Assembly: GCF_000306885.1 (NCBI RefSeq)
Contig: NC_018267.1
Location: 660,001-692,000, forward strand
Direction: 5' to 3'
DNA length: 32,000 nucleotides
Source of the DNA: Wolbachia endosymbiont of Onchocerca ochengi
GTDB lineage: Bacteria > Pseudomonadota > Alphaproteobacteria > Rickettsiales > Anaplasmataceae
A program made the position numbers and the translations under genes. This document shows, piece after piece, positions 20,669 through 31,253 of the stretch (position 1 is its first letter; each line of letters starts with the position of its first letter). The notes under the pieces are model-generated. The model was not told the origin of the DNA. It was given only the letters and a program-made list of their open reading frames with translations, and did no database searches.

Positions 20669-21117
20669 TTAGTTAGCAAGGCTTTTAACTCTATCTTTGA
20701 ATGCAGCAATTATTTTGCTTTGTGTATATTTATATACTGAGTTTAACAAAGTTGAAAGTAAGCTAGAATTGAACTCAAATTCTATATAAAAATTCACCAC
20801 GGTTTTATTTTCATCTATAAAAATAAATTTCCACTCGTTGTATAAACATTTAAATATTCCATTTGATGATACAGCTTTTACCCAACCTTCATTTGTTTTG
20901 CTTGGAGAAAGAAAAGTTACTTCTGATGTATAACTGCCTTTGATATGATGAAAAGCTGCTAATAAATCTACAACCATCTGGTTATGATTTTTTTTTTTAT
21001 GTAAACAGCTTTGCACCAGGGAATAAAATCAGGATACTTCTCAACATTGATTACAACCTGAAATATATTACTAGGTGAACAGAGAAAAATATCTTGTTCT
21101 TTGTGTTGGTAGAGCAT
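20669..21117 (-). pseudogene. RatA/COQ10-like START-domain protein with a frame disruption at an A11 tract (pseudogene, or expressed by slippage)
   Basis: Upstream frame 'MLYQHKEQDIFLCSPSNIFQVVINVEKYPDFIPWCKAVYIKKK' continues in another frame as 'KKKNHNQMVVDLLAAFHHIKGSYTSEVTFLSPSK...FEFNSSLLSTLLNSVYKYTQSKIIAAFKDRVKSL'. The two are separated only by 11 A's on the coding strand (T run 20988..20998). The 21198 start of the listed ORF is probably too far upstream. Confidence 0.7.
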
Positions 21118-21994
21118 AAATCTAACTAACTGAGTAGAATCCGTATCTATTGTCAGTCTTAGTAGATTCCTGAGACCTGAAGTTAAGGTGGGTATCACAT
21201 ATTAACTCTAATAAAATCAATAGAGGTAATTCCCTTGACTAAAAATTATCGCTCGGGAAACTTAACTCAACTAATAACATATAGAACAGATTCTCATGAA
21301 GTATAACTAGTTTTTATAAGTCGTGTCTATAGATATATTTATAATTACTAATAAAATTAACTATATCTAACCTTTGTTAAATTTTATGTCCTAAGTGTCA
21401 TAATCAATAAATATATTTTGTAAATTTTACTAAAATTTTAATCATTATTATTTCCACTATCATTTCTTTAAGAGCTACATTAACTATGTAGATCATAAAA
21501 TTTTTGTGTATTTTATAAAGCAACAGTGGTAGCATATTTATGGAGAGAAATAAAAAAATCGAGAATAAGTATATAAAAAACTTCAGGAGATCATTCGAAA
21601 TAATGTTAACCCCAAAAAATATCCCAATTTGTTATGGGGAAACATTCGACTTTGATTACTTAAAAAAAGAGAAAGTTTTTTTATAGAATATGAAATGTAT
21701 CTTACGAGTTTGTGCATTAAAATCTTGTATAAGTACATGAGTAATAGCGAGATGACTCTAATTAGCTGAGTAGTTGATGATAAAATTTGTTTGATTAGTA
21801 GAAGGTTTTCTTACAGCAACAAAGAATTTGTGAATACTGATTTTAAAGTTACTAAGGATGACAATTCCTTATTAATAATTGATGTGTAATAAATGGTATA
21901 AGTATTTCTATTAATCAACGCTAATTCAGTGAGAAAATTGATACATATGTTATAATAAGTGTTACAAGTGAATTAAAATGCAATAACAATCTAT

Positions 21995-23296
21995 ATGATA
22001 TACATGCCTCATTGGCCTAAGCCGCTTGGTAGCAGAACAAGAGATTTTACTCTTGAGCGCATAAAAAGTTTCCTAAATAAGTTAGGAAACCCTGAGAAAA
22101 AAATGCCTCCAGTAATTCATATAGCTGGAACTAATGGGAAAGGTTCAACATTATCCTTTATAAGGTACATGCTGCAAGCAGCAAGGTATAAGGTACATGC
22201 ATACACTTCTCCGCATTTAGTAAATTTTAATGAAAGGATAGTTGTTGCAGGTAGTTATATTGACGACAATGAATTACATGATTTATTAGAAGAGTGTCGC
22301 AGTGTAATTGCAGATCAATCTATCACTTTGTTTGAAGCTATAACTATTGCAGCTTTTTTAGTCTTTTCTCGCCATGAAGCCGATATTACTTTAATTGAGG
22401 TAGGCATGGGTGGAAGACTAGATGCAACAAATGTTATAAATAATCCAATTTTAACGATCATTACTTCCATTGCACTTGATCATACAGAATACCTTGGTCC
22501 TACTTTAGAGATCATAGCAGGTGAAAAAGCTGGAATAATGAAACGTGATGTTCCTTGTGTAATAGCCCCACAGGAGAAATCGATAATGAATACGCTAGAA
22601 CGTTGTGCAATAAACAGTAGATCACCTTTGTTTAGAGGTGGCTTTGAGTGGAGTTGTAAAAAACAGAATAGCAAAATGATTTTTCAATCAACTATTCAAT
22701 CAGTAAAATTTCCTTTGCCATCTTTAAATGGTAACCATCAAATAATTAATGCAGGAAATGCTATTGCAGCATGTAGCATTTTGAGTGGAAAGTACGGGCT
22801 TAATATTGGGAAGGAGGATATTACTTTAGGGCTGCAACACACCTATTGGCCTGGACGACTAGAGCTTATAAGAGAAGGCAATTTAGTTTCTTTATTACCG
22901 GGAGATTGGCAATTATTTTTAGATGGTGCACACAATAACGATGGTGCAAGAGTATTAGCTGAGTGGATAAAAGATAATTTTGCTGAAGGTATCTATGTAA
23001 TTTTCGGTATTACGCGTAATAGAAGTGTGGAAGAGTTTTTAGAATATTTAAAACCATATATTAAACTATTATGTGTGGTTTGTGTAAAATCTGAACCTAA
23101 AGCAGTAAGTACGGGTTTAATTAGAGAAAAAGCCAATAATATAGGAATAAATGCTATCGAATGTGAGTCAATTAGTGATGCTATATTAAATCACATACTA
23201 AAAGCTTCTGTTCAAAATATTAAAACCATATTAATTTGTGGTTCATTATTTTTGGCCAGAGATTTTGCTATGGAGAACTTCTATAATTTTATGTAA
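21995..23296 (+). CDS. folC: Bifunctional folylpolyglutamate synthase/dihydrofolate synthase
   Basis: 'PPVIHIAGTNGKGSTLSFIRYMLQAARYKVHAYTSPHLVNFNERI', 'VGMGGRLDATNVI', 'ITSIALDHTEYLG', 'FLDGAHNNDGA'. Confidence 0.94.
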   Translation: MIYMPHWPKPLGSRTRDFTLERIKSFLNKLGNPEKKMPPVIHIAGTNGKGSTLSFIRYMLQAARYKVHAYTSPHLVNFNERIVVAGSYIDDNELHDLLEECRSVIADQSITLFEAITIAAFLVFSRHEADITLIEVGMGGRLDATNVINNPILTIITSIALDHTEYLGPTLEIIAGEKAGIMKRDVPCVIAPQEKSIMNTLERCAINSRSPLFRGGFEWSCKKQNSKMIFQSTIQSVKFPLPSLNGNHQIINAGNAIAACSILSGKYGLNIGKEDITLGLQHTYWPGRLELIREGNLVSLLPGDWQLFLDGAHNNDGARVLAEWIKDNFAEGIYVIFGITRNRSVEEFLEYLKPYIKLLCVVCVKSEPKAVSTGLIREKANNIGINAIECESISDAILNHILKASVQNIKTILICGSLFLARDFAMENFYNFM

Positions 23297-23991
23297 GCGA
23301 TAATTTACAGCTTAGAAAATAAGCTCTATTTCTTATAGTAGATACTATTTGATAAATTTTTATCAGCTTTTACAAGTAAATTACTACCTTGAAACTGTTT
23401 CTCAATTAAATTTACAGCTGTCTTTTTGAGAATGTAATTAACTGCATCTCCTTAAAACAAGGTAAAACAACAACTAAAAGTGTGAATGACAATAAAAAGT
23501 AGCAACTTAGATACCTAAAGTGGAGCTGGTGAAATAAAAACCATTAATAGCTAAATTTAATCTCACATCATAAAACATTAAAGATGTAAAATTACTTTGC
23601 CTAAGATAATTGAATTTTTTAGCCACTAGTTTTATCACTTTTCAAAAAATTTTTGCATTCTTGATCAAAGTTAACTAATAATAAAAGCCAATTAGCCTGG
23701 TTAAAATTTTTCTGTTTTAAACATAAATGCTCTTAATAATTGAATTCAAAACGAAACTTGCTGATGAGAAAGCAGAAAACTATACTGCTATGGGTAGATT
23801 ATAATTAACACCATTGCTTATAAAAAATTTAGTAGATAAGGAGAATAACAGAATCCTTCCTAAAAGGAAGTAAGCAGAATACTTGGAGCAAGTATATAAC
23901 TATTAATTGACTGCTGCTTATTAAAGGCATTTACTTTTGCTCTTTCGTTGTCTAGATGTTTTGTAATTCCTTGTAATCATGATTGAATAAT

Positions 23992-24189
23992 TTACCACAT
24001 AACTCTTTTACTAAAGTATTTTTTATCAGGATCGTTTTCCAACGGTTTTATTATGAATTCTTTAAGAATAAGATTATTTGATAAAGTAATCTTAAATTTC
24101 TGCTCTACTTCTTTATTGTTTTGATTTTTACCTGAATGATATTCCAACGATAATTTATGGTATTGTGTATTGAACTTTTCCTCAGTACT
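23992..24189 (-). pseudogene. Possible coding remnant without Met start (65 codons open)
   Basis: Reads STEEKFNTQYHKLSLEYHSGKNQNNKEVEQKFKITLSNNLILKEFIIKPLENDPDKKYFSKRVMW*. A second frame continues as '..LVKELCGKLFNHDYKELQNI*'. No upstream start in frame, so it looks like a decayed gene. Confidence 0.25.
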
Positions 24190-24479
24190 TCAATACTAAA
24201 CAATATTAGAGTTTGCTATATTCTCCTTCTGAATATCAAACATCAAAAATAATTACTTTAAAGTGCGATATTTATTCTTACTTAAACTCTTTTTATATAA
24301 GGTAGTCTATACTATAATACACTACACCCCAAGTTTACTAGTTATAAATTCATATTTCTAGATTAGTCAACTATTTCATTGATCTCTTTTTTTTCTAAGT
24401 GGTCTTTAAGAATTGTTCTTATCATAAATTTTTCCTATAAGAACTATATTTTTCTCCAGAGGAAAGTTATATTGTAGCC

Positions 24480-25643
24480 ATGGACAATATAATCATAAAA
24501 AAATTTGGTGGGACTTCATTAACTGACTTAAATCGAGTTGCAAACTTAATAAAAAAAGATGTTGAGAAAGGTTGCAATGTAGTCGTTGTTGTTTCTGCTG
24601 TTGCAGGATTGACTGACCAAATGGTCTTTCAGGCTAGACAAATCTCAAATTTAAGCTGCAGAGGAGAACTATCAGAATATGATGTTCTACTTTCGGCAGG
24701 AGAACAGATTTCTTGTGGCCTATTAGCAATCACTCTTCAATCTATTGGAGTGAACGCTAAATCTTGGCTTGCTTGGCAGTTACCAATCATGACTGATGAT
24801 TTTCATTCTGAGTCTAAAATAAAAACAATAAAGATCGATCTTTTGAAAAGATCTTTTGCTGAAGGTTACACTGTCGCAATTATTGCTGGTTTTCAGGGCA
24901 TACATGGTAATAGAATCACTACTTTTGGCAGAGGAGGCTCTGATATATCAGCAGTTGCCCTCGCAGTAGCTTTTAATGTTAAGGTTTGTGAGATTTTTAC
25001 TGATATCGATGGAATATATACAGCTAATCCAAAAATTGTTCCAAAGGCACATAAGCTTAAGTTTGTTTCTTACGATGAAATGTTGGAGATGTCGTTATCT
25101 GGTGCTAAAATACTGCATAATCGTTCAGTACAGCTTGCAATGAAACATAATATTAAAATACAAGTGCTATCTACTTTTAAAAAGGTAGAAGGGACTGTGG
25201 TACTGCATGAAAAAGATGTGCTGGAGAGGTATACAATTACTGGAATAACTTGTAGTACTAATGAAGTCCTTGTGACTTTTGCTAATCTTGCAAGTACCTT
25301 ACATATTTTAAAGGATATGGTAAGGACAAACATGAAAATTAATATGATACACGGGTCAGGTTTTGTGATTCCTGAGTTTGATATCGATTTAATGAAAAAA
25401 TTACTGAGCAAAAATGAGAATCATGTTATAAACAGTAATATAGCTAGAATTTCAATAATTGGTATTGGTGTTATGTCTAATGCTGAAGTAATGCATCGTA
25501 TACTCGAGGTCTTGAGTGAAAAAAACATAGAAGTACTTGCTATCACAGCATCTGAAATCAAAATCAGTATAATCATTCAGAGAGAATGTGCTGAAGCCCT
25601 AGTTAAAGATTTATATACTGAGTTGATGTGTAGCACTAAATAG
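24480..25643 (+). CDS. lysC: Aspartate kinase (aspartokinase) with ACT domains
   Basis: 'IIIKKFGGTSLTDLNRV', 'AGFQGIHGNRITTFGRGGSDISAVALAVAF', 'CEIFTDIDGIYTANPKIV', 'SYDEMLEMSLSGAKILHNRSVQLAM'. Confidence 0.94.
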   Translation: MDNIIIKKFGGTSLTDLNRVANLIKKDVEKGCNVVVVVSAVAGLTDQMVFQARQISNLSCRGELSEYDVLLSAGEQISCGLLAITLQSIGVNAKSWLAWQLPIMTDDFHSESKIKTIKIDLLKRSFAEGYTVAIIAGFQGIHGNRITTFGRGGSDISAVALAVAFNVKVCEIFTDIDGIYTANPKIVPKAHKLKFVSYDEMLEMSLSGAKILHNRSVQLAMKHNIKIQVLSTFKKVEGTVVLHEKDVLERYTITGITCSTNEVLVTFANLASTLHILKDMVRTNMKINMIHGSGFVIPEFDIDLMKKLLSKNENHVINSNIARISIIGIGVMSNAEVMHRILEVLSEKNIEVLAITASEIKISIIIQRECAEALVKDLYTELMCSTK

Positions 25644-26874
25644 TGATCTTATATATTAGCGACTTCCTTTGTTAAAAAATTCAGAAAAATGTTGTATAAC
25701 CTTTTTAATAGAGACTTTGGTAAAACTTACGTAAGCTTTAAAAGCAAAATAACCTTTAACAAGGAAGTATTAGAATGTTTTAAATGGACTAGTTGAAATA
25801 AAAAATGAATCTATTAAAGAGCTAACAGAAAAATTGATATTAGGAGAAATTAAAAAATGTGAAAGATAGAATATTAATTGAGCGCACTGCTAAACTTCAT
25901 ATTTCAGGTGCAAAAAACAGTTGTTTTAATAGATACTAAATGAGATTAAAAGATATCAGATAGAACTCAAAAAGGTATAAGGTTAAGTCTCTAAAAAATG
26001 TTAGTAAAAAGGACTTACAAAGGCTCTCAAAAAAAAATATAGAAAGAACATTTAGGTCAGAGAAAAATAAAATGTTGTAGAGCCGTTATTTTAGATCTCC
26101 CAGAGGCAATGTTTGACTTTTCTAGTTTTAGTAGCTGTAATATAAGGTTTTTCTATTTCTTAAGAAATAAATAACTTCAAATTCACTAACTTGACGTTGG
26201 TGTTTTAGTACTCAGATAACTGAAACGCTGGTGTACCTATACTTGATCTTACCCAGAAAAAGTAGAGAGAAAGTTTGCCTTTCGCTTCAAAAGCTAATCT
26301 GCCACGACTTCAACATGGCCATTTCTTTTTGTTGTCAGTTTTGTCTTTGTTTGCTTTTAATTAGTTTCTAAAGTCGGATTTATCAGCTGATCTTTGAATG
26401 ATCCGGTATCTTGTAGATTTCTTTTTAGCTAGAATTTTAGTGACTTTAACATTGATTCTTCTGGCTCTTTGAGTAATTTTTAGTCATTAAATAGTAAAAA
26501 TGCGTTCAACTTGACAACCAGGTTTTACATTCATATTTTTTTAACGCTTGTCTTTTTGTTTATAGCTTAGCACAGTTTAGATATATCTAAATAATATAGT
26601 TTAACTTAATTCCACTTCAGTTAAATAATTTTAAAAAATATTTACGCCATTTTTTAAAATCTTGCCGTTAGGAGTTCATGTAGTAAAATCTACAAATGGC
26701 TTTTCATGACTAACTTTTGAATATATTAGCTTTAATGGCTAACTTATTAATCATTCAATATAATTTATTTTATACTTTTGAGTAGAACTGTTTTGTTATT
26801 TCTGAAGTCAAACTGCAATTGGCAGAAGCATTTGGCATAAATATCTGTAATTTTTATAAAATCTATACTATGAA

Positions 26875-26990
26875 GCTTGCACTTCTCCAATCTTTTTAGT
26901 TAGCTCATTAAAATAATATCCATCGAACTTGTTACCGCTCTTCAGTAGTTTGCTATCTAATGCGAACCTTTTAATGATGCACCTCTTCAA
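26875..26990 (-). pseudogene. Possible decayed transposase fragment
   Basis: Reverse-strand fragment 'CIIKRFALDSKLLKSGNKFDGYYFNELTKKIGEVQAS' weakly resembles an IS4/IS1634-type transposase segment (…KxDGxY…). It lies in a 1.7 kb ORF-poor spacer. Weak evidence. Confidence 0.2.
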
Positions 26991-27365
26991 AACTTTTGTA
27001 GAACATACTCTAATGTTTTTGCTTTCTGGGAATTTACTTTATCACTAACAGATGAAATTGTATCTAAATTGCAAAATTGTGTAAGATAACTTTTACCATT
27101 AAAAGCACAGTTATTTCCATTTTAGAAATAACCGCTTTCTCCTATAGTTTACTGAGTTTAAATATATTTTTTGTATGCTCAGCAAAATAGCCTGAAGTTA
27201 TATACCAAATAACTCTGAAATTTTTTTCTGCATGAGCTAAATATCCTACTTGATTAATACAAAAACATTGACTCTCGCATTTTTGCTTGGAGTTATGCAT
27301 AACAAATTTTACTTTCTAGTATTCTCTCAGTTGTTTTTATACATAATTTCTCATTTGTATGAAAT

Positions 27366-28628
27366 TTATTTTTTAACTTTATTTACTATAATCTTAATAT
27401 GACGTTTCCTTCCTGCGGATAGTTTAATGAATGACTGACTTTTGAAGTTTTCAGAATTTATCATATAGTTAATATCATTAATAGTATGGTCATTAATTTT
27501 GCATCCATTGCCCTGTATTAAACGCTTTGCAGCACCTTTTGAAGGTTCAAGACTGGTGTTGTTCAGTAGATCTACTAAGGATATGCCATTTGCAACCTGT
27601 TCTTTTGTTATGGTATATTCAGAAAGTAGTGAACTGTTTCCATTTTCAAAGGCAGAGACTGAAGCATATTGTGCAAGTTCTGCTTCTTTTTCACCATGGC
27701 ATATTTTTACAGCTTCCGTTGCCAAAACTTTTTTTGCTTCGTTTATTTCCTTACCCTTCAAAGATTCTAATTTTTTAATCTCATCAATTGGTATATCAGT
27801 GAGCAATCTCAAAAAACGTCCTATATCTTGATCATCAACATTGCGAAAATATTGCCAATAGTCATAAGGTTTTAGCATATTATCATCAAGCCATACTGCT
27901 CCACTTTTTGTTTTGCCCATTTTTACTCCTTGAGAATTTAGTAGAAGAGGAGTGGTAAGACCAAACAACTCAGGTAGGTTTAATTTTTTGCCAAGTTCAA
28001 TTCCATTTACTATATTTCCCCACTGATCCGATCCCCCAATCTGCAGACGACAGTTGTATTTTTTATTCAATTCAACAAAATCATAGGCTTGCAGTAGCAT
28101 GTAATTAAACTCTGAAAAACTTAGATTTTGCTCTTTATCAAGCCTAATTCTTATACTGTCAAAATTTAGCATACGATTTACAGAAAAATATGCTCCTATG
28201 TCACATAAAAAGTCTATGTACTTTATGCTATCTAACCAATCTGCGTTATTTACGATCACTGCACCAGTCTTGCTGTCGTTAAAAGACACCATTTTTTCTA
28301 ATATCTTTCTTATATCAGATGTATTTTGCTTAATGTTCTCTATGGGTAAGATGCTTCTCTTCTTGTCTTTAAAAGATGGATCGCCAATTTTTGTTGTGCC
28401 ACCCCCAAGCAAAATTATCGGCTTATAACTAAATTTTTGTAAGTGACGCAGCATCATAACTTGAATTAGATGACCAACATGTAAACTAGGTGCTGTGCAA
28501 TCAAACCCAATATATGCGACTATGTAATTATTCTGCGATAATAGTTGATCTAACCCTTCAATGTTTGTACATTGGTATAAATATCCTCTCTCTCGGATAA
28601 AATCTAAGAATTCTGATTTGTGCTCCAT
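27366..28628 (-). CDS. tyrS: Tyrosyl-tRNA synthetase
   Basis: 'YIGFDCTAPSLHVGHLIQVMMLRHLQ', 'LNYMLLQAYDFVEL'-like region (FSEFNYMLLQAYDF), 'LQIGGSDQWGNIVNGIEL', KMSKS-like 'KMGKTKSGAVWLD'. Confidence 0.95.
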   Translation of the reverse strand: MEHKSEFLDFIRERGYLYQCTNIEGLDQLLSQNNYIVAYIGFDCTAPSLHVGHLIQVMMLRHLQKFSYKPIILLGGGTTKIGDPSFKDKKRSILPIENIKQNTSDIRKILEKMVSFNDSKTGAVIVNNADWLDSIKYIDFLCDIGAYFSVNRMLNFDSIRIRLDKEQNLSFSEFNYMLLQAYDFVELNKKYNCRLQIGGSDQWGNIVNGIELGKKLNLPELFGLTTPLLLNSQGVKMGKTKSGAVWLDDNMLKPYDYWQYFRNVDDQDIGRFLRLLTDIPIDEIKKLESLKGKEINEAKKVLATEAVKICHGEKEAELAQYASVSAFENGNSSLLSEYTITKEQVANGISLVDLLNNTSLEPSKGAAKRLIQGNGCKINDHTINDINYMINSENFKSQSFIKLSAGRKRHIKIIVNKVKK

Positions 28629-28689
28629 AATTTTCCTAGTGTACTATTCTTTATATGTGAACATTATTATTAGAGTCATTGATAATGGT

Positions 28690-28719
28690 GTCATCCCAAT
28701 ATGTGATGCTAAAATCCAG
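28690..28719. repeat. Degraded Wolbachia-type palindromic dispersed element
   Basis: gtcatcccaatatgtgatgctaaaatccag has the flanks and spacing of the gtcatccca...ggatccag palindromic elements known from Wolbachia genomes. The central palindrome is decayed. Confidence 0.3.
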
Positions 28720-28879
28720 TTTCTCATACAATTTTATCAAAAAAGTTATATAATATGTTCATCTATAACTAAGCTTTCTGTATCAAGGCGCTGAGGTGAC
28801 AAACTCTCTTCTTGGGGAGTTAACCGTAAAGATACTATACTTATATAGTTGTACATTAACTACTTAGATGCTTACTCAA

Positions 28880-29209
28880 TTAATTCCATAACTCTTCTAT
28901 TTTATAGTATTCTCTTACTTCTGGCTTGAATATATGAACCATTATATCTTGAAAATTTACAACTACCCAATTACCTTTATTCATACCTTCTACGTCTATT
29001 TTATCATGTGGTTTGAGGCTTCTTATTATGTGCTCAGCTAATGCTTTAACGTGGTAGTTTGAGTTTCCAGATGCAATAATCATATATTTTGCAATAACAG
29101 TTTTATTTTGTACATTAAGAGTAGTTATATCATGACCTTTATTCTGACTTATGACACTTACAATTGTATTCTTTATTGATTCTGTATCACTGGATATACT
29201 ATTATTCAT
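28880..29209 (-). CDS. rsfS: Ribosomal silencing factor RsfS (Iojap family)
   Basis: 'DITTLNVQNKTVIAKYMIIASGNSNYHVKALAEHIIRSLK' and 'GNWVVVNFQDIMVHIFKPEVREYYKIEELW'. Confidence 0.92.
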   Translation of the reverse strand: MNNSISSDTESIKNTIVSVISQNKGHDITTLNVQNKTVIAKYMIIASGNSNYHVKALAEHIIRSLKPHDKIDVEGMNKGNWVVVNFQDIMVHIFKPEVREYYKIEELWN

Positions 29210-29766
29210 TATATTATTTATCTACCTCAAAATTATATATTTACCTACGATAATACACTAAAATTCCTAAAAATGAACTATTTTGATGTAATAGTATATA
29301 CAATACATATACTTTTATATATATTATAAAGGTAGTTTCTCTAACATTGTGTTTATTATAAGCTAGGCTCTTATTTAATTGGCTTTTCAGTAGTGATAAG
29401 CTTACTATAAAAGAACTGTGTAAGATTACTGATTCAGCGATATTATGTAATAACTCGTCTAATAACATTGAATTTGAGATTGCTAAATTACTAAGTGTTG
29501 AAGTTTTTGATAACTTATGGTAAATTTTTACAGCTGAAGAAGATATATTAGTGATACTGTTGAAATATCATATAAAACCAAAGTACTATATATATTTGTA
29601 AATGAGCTGATAGATGCTGATTCCCCTATAGCCAGAAAATATACAGCTTAATGGTAAATTTAGGTAGAAATGGGTATAGAAATTTTTTCTGTAGTATTAC
29701 ATCGCAGTAATAAAGGACTAATAAAGTGTGTTGAACTAAAAGAGGAGTATAAGGTAAATAAAATCA

Positions 29767-29955
29767 TTGGGTTCAGGTTTTGCTATAAAAATGATTAAAG
29801 AAAAAAGGTTATTTATGCCTGAAGGTTCACTTAAAATTGATAATTCGAATTTGAGTGCAAAGGAAGTTTTAAAAAGAATTATTGAAAAATTTAATAATAT
29901 AACTAAGTTAGTTAAGATTATAATAAATTATTTAATAAAGCATACTCGTGATTAA
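29767..29955 (+). pseudogene. Short ORF, possible 3' remnant of a decayed gene
   Basis: 62 aa 'MGSGFAIKMIKEKRLFMPEGSLKIDNSNLSAKEVLKRIIEKFNN...', preceded by other short same-strand fragments in different frames and overlapping the rppH start. Confidence 0.25.
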
Positions 29956-30433
29956 GCAGAAAGATAGGTATCGTTCTTGTGTTGGTATAATGCTATTGAA
30001 TAAACAAGGGCACGTTTTTGTCGGAAAACGCTTTGAAAGTGACTTTTACTGGCAGATGCCACAAGGAGGGATTAATGATGGTGAAGAGTTAGAGCAGGCA
30101 GCATTGCGTGAGTTGCTAGAAGAGGTTGGTACTGATAAAGTAAAGATTGTAGCTAAAAATAAGGGTTGGATATATTATAATTTGCCTGAGAAATTCATAC
30201 CAATTTGTTGGGACGGAAGATATTTCGGTCAAAAGCAAAAATGGTTTTTAATGAAATTTTATGGAGAAGATAAGGATATTAATATTAACTATACTGATCA
30301 TTCAGAGTTTAAAGAGTGGTATTGGCAAAATGTGGATGATTTAGTAGCCAATGTTATACCTTTTAAAAAAGAAGTTTATAAAACTGTAATAGAAGAGTTT
30401 TCTTTTCAAATAAAAATCCCTATTATTGAGTAA
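29948..30433 (+). CDS. rppH: RNA pyrophosphohydrolase (Nudix), GTG start
   Basis: 'YRSCVGIMLLNKQGHVFVGKRF', 'WQMPQGGINDGEELEQAALRELLEEVGTDKVKI' (Nudix box), 'KQKWFLMKF'. Confidence 0.93.
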   Translation: MIKQKDRYRSCVGIMLLNKQGHVFVGKRFESDFYWQMPQGGINDGEELEQAALRELLEEVGTDKVKIVAKNKGWIYYNLPEKFIPICWDGRYFGQKQKWFLMKFYGEDKDININYTDHSEFKEWYWQNVDDLVANVIPFKKEVYKTVIEEFSFQIKIPIIE

Positions 30434-30448
30434 CATTTATATGCACTC

Positions 30449-31240
30449 GTGATAATAGATTCTCATTGCCATTTGATTTATTTCCAAGATAATGAAATAC
30501 CAAAAGTGATTTCAAGGGCAAAGCAAAGTGGTGTAAAAATTTTACATAACATATGTACCAGCATTGATGATATTCCTAAACTACTAAAAATTTCCTTATC
30601 CTATAATCAGATTTACTCCTCTGTTGGTGTACATCCGCTTGATGCTACTGTAGGGAACGGCGAATTTATACATGTTGATGAATTAGTTGAATTTGCTAAG
30701 AATCAAAAGATAATTAGCATCGGTGAAACTGGGTTAGATTTTTATGAGCTTGATAATAAAAATAATCAGAGAAAAAGCTTTGCATCGCACATAGAGGCGG
30801 CAAGGATAACAGGGTTACCTTTAGTTATTCATACTAGAAATGCTGATTGTGAGATGATTGATATGTTAAAATCAGAAATGAAAATTGGTGCTTTTAGTGG
30901 AGTAGTGCACTGTTTTGCTTCCTCTAAGGAGCTTGCTTACCAAGCTATGGATTTGGGATTGTACATTTCATTTTCTGGAATTATTACTTTTAAAAGTGCT
31001 AATTCACTCAGAAAAATTGCACAAAATGTGCTACGTGGACTTGTTTTAGTTGAAACTGATGCTCCATATTTGTCACCTGAGCCTTATAGAGGGAAAAAAA
31101 ATGAGCCAGCAATGATAAAATATATTATAAATTGTCTAGCGGAGTTATGGAATGAATCACCTAATAAAGTAGCAGAAATAACTACAAATAACTTTTCTAG
31201 GCTGTTTGTGAAACTTAACCCTGAGAAGAAAAATCTATAA
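30449..31240 (+). CDS. TatD family metal-dependent hydrolase/DNase, GTG start
   Basis: 'IIDSHCHL', 'SVGVHPLDA', 'IISIGETGLDFYE', 'LPLVIHTRNA', 'GVVHCFA', 'LVETDAPYLSPEPYRGKKNEPA'. Confidence 0.92.
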   Translation: MIIDSHCHLIYFQDNEIPKVISRAKQSGVKILHNICTSIDDIPKLLKISLSYNQIYSSVGVHPLDATVGNGEFIHVDELVEFAKNQKIISIGETGLDFYELDNKNNQRKSFASHIEAARITGLPLVIHTRNADCEMIDMLKSEMKIGAFSGVVHCFASSKELAYQAMDLGLYISFSGIITFKSANSLRKIAQNVLRGLVLVETDAPYLSPEPYRGKKNEPAMIKYIINCLAELWNESPNKVAEITTNNFSRLFVKLNPEKKNL

Positions 31241-31253
31241 ATTATTGATCTGC

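Noticed and set aside
28561-28794. 77 aa + strand ORF overlapping the tyrS 5' end
   Set aside because: Overlaps the conserved tyrS N-terminus antisense and has no recognisable domain.
29241-29468. 75 aa - strand ORF upstream of rsfS
   Set aside because: No recognisable motif or good start context, and it overlaps possible + strand remnants. Most likely spurious.
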